The position numbers and the translations under genes were made by a program. DNA of 55,469 nt from a virus (lineage: Duplodnaviria; Caudoviricetes), in IMG/VR virus record IMGVR_UViG_3300002488_000008, positions 1-55,469 of that record, one strand, 5' to 3'. The notes under the pieces were generated by a model that was not told where the DNA came from, made no database searches, and worked only from the letters and a program-made list of their open reading frames with translations. Of the stretch, positions 24,873 through 31,378 are shown piece by piece. The first letter of the stretch is position 1, and every line of letters starts with the position of its first letter.

Positions 24873-26087
24873 GTGCAAGCGATGCAGATGTTAAGAAAAG
24901 AGGATAACACCTCTGGTCATTTTAGCATTTTAAAGTCTGATGATTTAGTTATTGGAGGTTATGCTTCTATTGAAATAGTAGATAAACAAAACGACTTAAT
25001 TACATTAGAAGCATTAAATGACGCAGTTGCAAAATATATGAGTGAAAAGAAATACAGAAATGTAATGTCTAATCATTCTAATGTTCAAGTTGGAGAAGTA
25101 ATTGAAAACTACAGAGATAAAAATGGAATGCTTCATAAAACAGAAGTAGATAATGTTGGTTTTTATGTTGTTATTAAATTAAGAGATGACATAGAAAAAG
25201 CAAAAGAAATTTCAAGAGGAATTAGAAAAGGAACACTACGCTCCTTTAGTATTGGTGGACAAGCAATATCAAAGCGTAGTAAAAAATCAGATGAGTTCGG
25301 TCAATACAATGAAATTGACAAGTTAGAGTTACATGAGGTAACTATATGTGAAAAGGGAATTAATCCCGAAGCGAGATTCGACATTTTAAAACAAGATGTT
25401 GGAGGTAATAAAATGAGTGATAAACTGGAAAAAGCACTTGAGGAGTTGAACGGCTTGATGAAACAAGTTAGTGATATTCACAAGGAAGAAGAAAAAGATG
25501 CCGATATGAAGAACGCAGGTGACATGAGTTACATGGATTCAGAAGAAGAAAAAATGAACTATGAAAAGACTGATAGCGAAGAAGAAATGAAAGCCGATGA
25601 TGAGATGGACGATGATGAAGCAAAAGCATTAGACATTGACAATACTCATTCAGAAGCAGGAGAAGAAGTAGTAAGTGGTGGAAATCCAACTGCAACCCCT
25701 GCACCGCTTAAAGTTTCTAAAGGATTAGAAGATGCTGATTTCAGTACTTTGAATCTAAGTCAAGAAAATGTAGAGAAGGCTTACGAGGCTTTCAAAGCAG
25801 AACGTCTTGAAAAACTCGCATACGATTCCCTAAGCAAGCAATTTGAAACAAGACTTGCTGAAGAATTAGAAGTTAAGAAAGCAATGGCAGAGAGAAACGA
25901 ATATGATGCTATCTCTGAAGTTGCGGCTCTTAAAGAAGAATTTGCGGAACTACGCAAATCACTATCTGAAACAGAAGTACGCAAAGCACAAGAAGTTGCC
26001 TTGCCCGAAGGATTCCCAACATCAATGGATGCAATAGCAGACATGTCTTGGGGAGATATACACACATTAGTTGGAAGGAGAGATTAA
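24873..26087 (+). CDS. Prohead maturation protease (HK97-type) fused to scaffold domain
   Basis: IGGYAS..VDKQND, H (SNHS), catalytic SFSIGG and LHEVTICEKGINP, followed by an acidic coiled-coil C-terminal half. Confidence 0.92.
   Translation: MQAMQMLRKEDNTSGHFSILKSDDLVIGGYASIEIVDKQNDLITLEALNDAVAKYMSEKKYRNVMSNHSNVQVGEVIENYRDKNGMLHKTEVDNVGFYVVIKLRDDIEKAKEISRGIRKGTLRSFSIGGQAISKRSKKSDEFGQYNEIDKLELHEVTICEKGINPEARFDILKQDVGGNKMSDKLEKALEELNGLMKQVSDIHKEEEKDADMKNAGDMSYMDSEEEKMNYEKTDSEEEMKADDEMDDDEAKALDIDNTHSEAGEEVVSGGNPTATPAPLKVSKGLEDADFSTLNLSQENVEKAYEAFKAERLEKLAYDSLSKQFETRLAEELEVKKAMAERNEYDAISEVAALKEEFAELRKSLSETEVRKAQEVALPEGFPTSMDAIADMSWGDIHTLVGRRD
25413..26087 (+). CDS. Nested in-frame scaffolding protein (224 aa) from an internal start
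   Basis: Strong SD GGAGGT (25401-25406), then in-frame ATG 25413 right after the protease domain. Confidence 0.65.
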   Translation: MSDKLEKALEELNGLMKQVSDIHKEEEKDADMKNAGDMSYMDSEEEKMNYEKTDSEEEMKADDEMDDDEAKALDIDNTHSEAGEEVVSGGNPTATPAPLKVSKGLEDADFSTLNLSQENVEKAYEAFKAERLEKLAYDSLSKQFETRLAEELEVKKAMAERNEYDAISEVAALKEEFAELRKSLSETEVRKAQEVALPEGFPTSMDAIADMSWGDIHTLVGRRD

Positions 26088-26089
26088 GA

Positions 26090-27505
26090 ATGACATACAT
26101 AAATACAATAAGAGATTTGGAAGCAAGCACATACGGAATGGCCGGAGCAAGCGGTAACGCCCTACTAAAGAGTAGTGGTGTTATTGGTGGTTTTGGTAAT
26201 GTTGTAGGCGGAGCGGCACAAGGCCACGATGCGGCAACTAACTTAGCCGGTGGAGCGGCAGGTTTAGGAGACTTGTATAACGTTCTTTACGGACAAAAAG
26301 TTTGGTCAATGTTAAATCAAGAAGTTAACGTTTTGTCAATGATTGCTAAAAGGCCATATACATCAAGTGGTTGGAGAATACTAAAATCCCGTCCTGCTGG
26401 TGGTTCAGATGCGGCTTTCGGAATAGGAAATACTGCGGTTGACTCAAATGTTACTGATTTATCTACCCCTAGAGCAGACCAAATTGGTGGTGTAGAAGAA
26501 AACGCAACATTAGGTGGAGCAAATGGATTCAAAGCATTGTCTCCTGAATACACTAAACTATTTACAAGCCCTAAAACAATAGCACATCTGTTCGAGTTCT
26601 CTGAACTTGGAATGGAAATGGCCGCTATTGATGATGGTGTTGGCGATATACGTGCAATTGTTAGAGAAGACATGGGTAAGCATCACGCTGAAGTTCAAAG
26701 TAAGATGTTACTAATGCCTTTAGAAAGATATGATGATGCAACTGCAACTAACATAACAAGAAATTATACTTCTTTAATGAAGATAGTTTCTTCTAACAAA
26801 GAAATTGCGGCTATGGCTAATGCTGATATGACGGCTATGGGTGCGGCTGATGGCAGTTCTAACGTAACTGATTTAGTAGACGTTACTAAATTATTTGGTG
26901 CTAATAGAGCAGACAATAATGGTGTAACTGTAAGTGGTTCAACATATACAGGTGTTAACGATTTCATGAGTGCAGAAGTTGATTTTGGTACAAATTATAC
27001 AGGTGGCCCTAGAGTATTAACTCTAACAATATTGAATGATATGCTACGAAGAATACGTGTTAACGGTGGAAATCCAAAAGTTATTTTAACAGGATACGAT
27101 ACTATACAACATATATCTGACTTACTACAAAGCCAAGAGAGATTTATGGATAGGAAAGAAATTGTTCCTACACATAATGGTGTTCGTGGAGTTAAAGGTT
27201 CAGAAGTTGGTTTCAGAGTTGCAACATACTATGACATACCAATTATCCCATCAAAGGATATGCCTAAAACACACAAAGCAAGTCTAAACCCTGCTAACCC
27301 ATTGAGTGATATATTAATTCTAGATACTGACCATCTATGGTTAGCGGTTATGAAGCCTACACAATACTTCGAGGACGGAATTTCAAATGGAAACCCATTC
27401 GGTGTTGGTAAACTTGGTAATCAAGGAATGTACCGCACTATGGGAGAAACATGTTGTTCCTTCTTTAAAGGTCAAGGTAAGATTACTAACTTGAAGAGTG
27501 CTTAG
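26090..27505 (+). CDS. Major capsid protein (HK97 fold)
   Basis: Follows the protease. 471 aa from ATG 26090 (SD ggaaggag). Motifs YG.KVW..LN.E.N, PKTIAH.FE.SE, PKVILTG and IPIIPSKDMP; low-K/E, highly expressed codon style. Confidence 0.9.
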   Translation: MTYINTIRDLEASTYGMAGASGNALLKSSGVIGGFGNVVGGAAQGHDAATNLAGGAAGLGDLYNVLYGQKVWSMLNQEVNVLSMIAKRPYTSSGWRILKSRPAGGSDAAFGIGNTAVDSNVTDLSTPRADQIGGVEENATLGGANGFKALSPEYTKLFTSPKTIAHLFEFSELGMEMAAIDDGVGDIRAIVREDMGKHHAEVQSKMLLMPLERYDDATATNITRNYTSLMKIVSSNKEIAAMANADMTAMGAADGSSNVTDLVDVTKLFGANRADNNGVTVSGSTYTGVNDFMSAEVDFGTNYTGGPRVLTLTILNDMLRRIRVNGGNPKVILTGYDTIQHISDLLQSQERFMDRKEIVPTHNGVRGVKGSEVGFRVATYYDIPIIPSKDMPKTHKASLNPANPLSDILILDTDHLWLAVMKPTQYFEDGISNGNPFGVGKLGNQGMYRTMGETCCSFFKGQGKITNLKSA

Positions 27506-27515
27506 GTGATTCTAT

Positions 27516-27878
27516 ATGGCGGAAGAAGTATACGATGTTACTTTGTTGGCTGACCATAAAGGAATAGCCGCACCTAAAGTACACGGAGATGAGTATTATG
27601 TTGATGCAGTAATTGATGTTTCTACCTATGATTCAGCAGGTGTAGTGTTAAGTGCGAGTGATTTTGGATTATCTAGAGTTACCGCAGTTACACACACTGG
27701 TACTGCAAATGTTTTATTTTATCCAACATTTGTTATATCAGAAGCAGGTGCTTACACTAGTACTGCTTCGTTTACTATGTTGTTAGTACAAGCACTACAG
27801 GCTACACCAGCAGAAGTTGCTGATGGTGGAACTCATAGTGGAATGCAATTTAGACTTAGGGTCTACGGACTTCTTTGA
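27516..27878 (+). CDS. Putative capsid decoration protein
   Basis: 120 aa beta-rich protein directly after the MCP and before a stabilising hairpin; Y..G.....FGL pattern. Confidence 0.55.
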   Translation: MAEEVYDVTLLADHKGIAAPKVHGDEYYVDAVIDVSTYDSAGVVLSASDFGLSRVTAVTHTGTANVLFYPTFVISEAGAYTSTASFTMLLVQALQATPAEVADGGTHSGMQFRLRVYGLL

Positions 27879-27893
27879 GTAAAACGTAAAATA

Positions 27894-27931
27894 GTAGTCA
27901 TTGCTCCCTCTTATCGGGGAGCAGTGGCTAC
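27894..27931 (+). other. RNA stem-loop after the MCP/decoration genes
   Basis: gtagtcattgctccc / gggagcagtggctac form 15 bp with two G-U pairs; no U-tract. Confidence 0.65.
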
Positions 27932-27955
27932 CTATCTAATTATGGAGTGAAAACA

Positions 27956-28342
27956 ATGGTAAAAGTACAACTAAAAAAACAAGGAAGACCGTATAAATTT
28001 GTAGACAAAGGAATAGAATATTTTATTTCTCATGAAGGTATAGAACCTAAGTTACCTACTAATCTTGCCCTTAGTCTAATAGGTAATCAAGAATTAGAGT
28101 TTACCTTTGAAGCAAAAGACAAGAGTGCAATTCAAGATTTAAATTCTAGTTATTTACAAACTTATTGTCAAATATATAATACATCTGATACAAAGATGTT
28201 GTTAGAAGTATTATTTCCTAAGAAAACTACTACACAAAAAGTAAAGAAAGTTGTAGAAGAAGTATTAGAAACTCCTGCTAAGAAAACACCTGCTAAGAAG
28301 GCGGCTAAAAAAACACCTGCTAAGAAGGAGGTGAAGAAGTAA
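27956..28342 (+). CDS. Hypothetical protein with C-terminal PAKK repeats
   Basis: TPAKKTPAKKAAKKTPAKK tail; ATG 27956 follows ggagtga. Confidence 0.75.
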   Translation: MVKVQLKKQGRPYKFVDKGIEYFISHEGIEPKLPTNLALSLIGNQELEFTFEAKDKSAIQDLNSSYLQTYCQIYNTSDTKMLLEVLFPKKTTTQKVKKVVEEVLETPAKKTPAKKAAKKTPAKKEVKK

Positions 28343-28656
28343 TGGCTATAACATGTGCAACAAGTGGAGTTAAAACTGCTGATGCAGTAGTTTCTGCTTC
28401 TAGGTGTAAACTTATGAGTATTCATGTTACTGTTACTAGTAATCATGGAACTGCGGCATTGAGTACACTAAAACTTTATGATAATGCAAGTGCCGCAAGT
28501 GGAACAGAGATTGCTAGAATTAATTTATTAGCATCTAGTACTTCTCCACAAAATATTGAATTTGATATGCATGGAGTATTATGTGCTAATGGGTTATATG
28601 CCGATGTAACGGTAGGTAGTAATTGCACTGTAGCGTATAGCGTGGAGTTTGCGTAA
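28342..28656 (+). CDS. Small beta-rich putative virion structural protein
   Basis: 104 aa, A/S/T-rich; LYDNASAASGT...G.....GLY pattern typical of viral decoration or spike proteins. Confidence 0.55.
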   Translation: MAITCATSGVKTADAVVSASRCKLMSIHVTVTSNHGTAALSTLKLYDNASAASGTEIARINLLASSTSPQNIEFDMHGVLCANGLYADVTVGSNCTVAYSVEFA

Positions 28657-28657
28657 T

Positions 28658-29074
28658 ATGCCTAGCATAGATACAGATACAAGACTAATAATGACAATAC
28701 TATTCGTAGGGTCAGTTAGCGGTGTTAATGTTTATTTTTACACTCAATATGGTGTAGACTTCCCATATGGAGGTTATGCTCATGGAGTATTATTTGGCAT
28801 TATAACCATTGGTGCTATTATGATTATGAAAGCGGCCTTTGATTTAATGCTTCATGATATGATAGAAGATAGATTACTTCAACGTAATATTGATAATTAT
28901 TGGTTTAGAAAGGCTAGAGATGAAGAAAACCGTAAGAGAGTTAGAGAGTCTATGAGAAACTTTCAACAAAACTTTGCTCCCGTATATGGAGATACAAATT
29001 TACCTACTTTTGGTCAAACTAATAAAGCAGAAGAACAAACAGTTTCACCCGCATTCTTAACAGAACTAAGGTAG
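28658..29074 (+). CDS. Membrane protein (2 predicted TM helices)
   Basis: Hydrophobic LIMTILFVGSVSGVNVYFY and GVLFGIITIGAIMIM, followed by a charged tail. Confidence 0.75.
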   Translation: MPSIDTDTRLIMTILFVGSVSGVNVYFYTQYGVDFPYGGYAHGVLFGIITIGAIMIMKAAFDLMLHDMIEDRLLQRNIDNYWFRKARDEENRKRVRESMRNFQQNFAPVYGDTNLPTFGQTNKAEEQTVSPAFLTELR

Positions 29075-29090
29075 ATAGGAGGTCATAAAT

Positions 29091-29315
29091 ATGGTAGGAG
29101 AAATCCTAATGGGCTTTGATGAGTCTGCTATGGCTTATGATTTACAAAGAGCCCATTCAGCAGACATATGGTTTATTCGTGCAAGATTTTGGATATGGGG
29201 AATTGTTGCATCTATAGTATCTTTTGGATTAGGACATTTAATTGCACATCTAGGATTTAATATGTATTCTTGGTTGTGGGGAGGTATGGTAGACTTTTGG
29301 AATCATCTATGGTGA
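29091..29315 (+). CDS. Small Trp-rich membrane protein
   Basis: FWIWGIVASIVSFGLGHLIAHLGF TM segment plus amphipathic WLWGGMVDFWNHLW; SD aggagg. Confidence 0.75.
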   Translation: MVGEILMGFDESAMAYDLQRAHSADIWFIRARFWIWGIVASIVSFGLGHLIAHLGFNMYSWLWGGMVDFWNHLW

Positions 29316-29319
29316 ATAT

Positions 29320-29991
29320 ATGTCAGTAATGGCCGGATTTGCTATATTATTAGTAGAGGGTATGAATAAGTTATATCAAAGACTACACTCTATTCCATTT
29401 GGTGTATATGGTGCGAGCAAAGCAGGGAAGACAACTTTACATCATCAATTAAGAACTAGAGGAGAAGTACCAACAATAGTAGAAAGAACTGTTGGAACAC
29501 ATAAAGCAACTAGAAAATATGTTAAGTTAGATGGAGATGCTCATACAGTAAAAACTGCTGATATAGGGGGAGAAACAGTTTTTTGGGGAGAATGGGTAGA
29601 AGACATGAAAAACAGACATGTAAAATATATAATTTTCATGATAGATGATAGACATATGGATAAACATTTTGATATTGAACAACAGTTATGTTGGACATTT
29701 TTAGTAGATACAATTTGTGCTAACTCTTGGACAGTAAATGGTAAAAATAGAAAAAAGAAAAATCATGATTATCCAATTGCAGTAGGAATATGGGCTAATA
29801 AATATGATTTGTGGAAAGACAAATATGACCATAAAGGTTCAATAGATAAGCATCCTATTTTTGATTCTTTTCAAGTAGGTATGCAAAAGTTAAATGATAA
29901 AGGAATCCCATGCTTTAAATATATAGTGAGTGCGAAGTCCGATTCAGAAATGGTGTATAGAGGAATATTAACAATGATAAAAGATTACTAG
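29320..29991 (+). CDS. Ras-superfamily (Arf-like) small GTPase
   Basis: G1 GASKAGKT, G2 RTVG, G3 DIGG, G4 NKYD and G5 SAK; N-terminal hydrophobic/amphipathic helix. Confidence 0.88.
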   Translation: MSVMAGFAILLVEGMNKLYQRLHSIPFGVYGASKAGKTTLHHQLRTRGEVPTIVERTVGTHKATRKYVKLDGDAHTVKTADIGGETVFWGEWVEDMKNRHVKYIIFMIDDRHMDKHFDIEQQLCWTFLVDTICANSWTVNGKNRKKKNHDYPIAVGIWANKYDLWKDKYDHKGSIDKHPIFDSFQVGMQKLNDKGIPCFKYIVSAKSDSEMVYRGILTMIKDY

Positions 29992-30000
29992 GTGAAGAAA

Positions 30001-30672
30001 ATGACGATGAATTTTAACCCCCCAAATTTAATAGGAGCAACAACGACAAACGTGAGTAACCCTTTCTTAGATAGGTTTACTCAAGCAAGAGCCGCAGGTG
30101 CGGTAATGCTATATGAGTATAAAAGTGTAAAACCAAAAAAACAACTCAAGGAAATAATAAAAGTATTATTACCGGAAAATAAAACTTTTTTAAAAATTCC
30201 ATATAAATTCAAATATAACATGAAAGATAGATGTGTTGTATGTGGAACACAAAAAGTTTGGGAATCTGCTGATAGTATGCGACCCCCATTACCATTACAT
30301 AAAGTAAGAAAGGGTTATCCTATGAGAGGAACTTATTGTGATAAACATGCTTCTATTCATAGACAATATGAAATGTTAGAACAACAAATACTAGCAGAAG
30401 AACATGGTTTATCTTATAGTGCTTATATTCCTAAAATGCCTAACTTAAACCCTTTAGCAAGTGGCCCACTTACTAGTTTAAAACAGACAGATATACAATC
30501 TTTATCTGCATTAGGTTGGACAATAAAACCCCCAACGGCAGGACTAGAAAGTAAAGAAGAAGAACTATTTAGAATCTTAATAGAAAGTAATGCAAATAAT
30601 GAAAGAGTCAAAACTTTATTAACTGAAGGCGTGAAGATACAAGTGCAAGAGCAGGTGGGAGTTGAGGAATAA
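30001..30672 (+). CDS. Hypothetical Zn-finger-like protein
   Basis: CVVC...C..H; C-terminal helix; SD aggtga before ATG 30001. Confidence 0.75.
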   Translation: MTMNFNPPNLIGATTTNVSNPFLDRFTQARAAGAVMLYEYKSVKPKKQLKEIIKVLLPENKTFLKIPYKFKYNMKDRCVVCGTQKVWESADSMRPPLPLHKVRKGYPMRGTYCDKHASIHRQYEMLEQQILAEEHGLSYSAYIPKMPNLNPLASGPLTSLKQTDIQSLSALGWTIKPPTAGLESKEEELFRILIESNANNERVKTLLTEGVKIQVQEQVGVEE

Positions 30673-31364
30673 TGGGATTATTTGGTACAAGTAATGGACA
30701 AATATTATCATCTATGAATGCTAATAATCAAACACAATTTAAAACTATGAATAATTTATTAACTCTACAAGAGAATCATGTAGAAGATTTTTTTCAATAT
30801 CATGGAGAAGCGTTTTTAGCGGCTTTGGATAAATTAATAGAAGATGCAGTAGAAAGAAGTGTTAGTAAAGTTATAGGTAATTTAAAATTTAATACTCAAA
30901 GTAGTGGAGAAATAGTCTTACACCCCGATGCAGTTGCTACACTAAATACTATTACAGAAGAAAATATTACATTAGATTTACAAACTCTTTTGGCTACTGC
31001 GGTTAATAGTGAAGTTATAATGCAAAGAAGAATGGCTAAACAACAATATCTTGAGTCACAAGGATTTTCTAGTCCTGCACAACAGGCTATGCCAACTCAA
31101 CCAGTAAATCCAATGGGTATGAATCCTCAAAATATACAAGGTAATAATATGGGAATGGGTATGAACAATGCAATAAATCAACAAGCAATGGCTATGAATA
31201 ATGGTAGTGGATATCCCGTACCACCTGCCGGATATGACCAAATGAATAATGCATATTGGATAGACCCTAATACAGGTCAGATGACATATACACCTCCTAC
31301 TAGTGGTTTAGGATTAGGTGCGGCCATAACTAAAGGCGTTGCTTGGGCTAAATGGTTGGCTTAA
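30672..31364 (+). CDS. Q/N/M/G-rich protein with C-terminal amphipathic helix
   Basis: Low-complexity PMGMNPQNIQGNNMGMGMNN region; ends in GLGLGAAITKGVAWAKWLA. Confidence 0.75.
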   Translation: MGLFGTSNGQILSSMNANNQTQFKTMNNLLTLQENHVEDFFQYHGEAFLAALDKLIEDAVERSVSKVIGNLKFNTQSSGEIVLHPDAVATLNTITEENITLDLQTLLATAVNSEVIMQRRMAKQQYLESQGFSSPAQQAMPTQPVNPMGMNPQNIQGNNMGMGMNNAINQQAMAMNNGSGYPVPPAGYDQMNNAYWIDPNTGQMTYTPPTSGLGLGAAITKGVAWAKWLA

Positions 31365-31378
31365 GCGAGGGTTATAGA

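Noticed and set aside
26048-26089. N-terminal extension MGRYTHISWKERLR of the MCP (contains SWK)
   Set aside because: The TTG start lies inside the scaffold gene with no SD, whereas ATG 26090 has a good SD. The SWK resemblance to the tag is probably chance.
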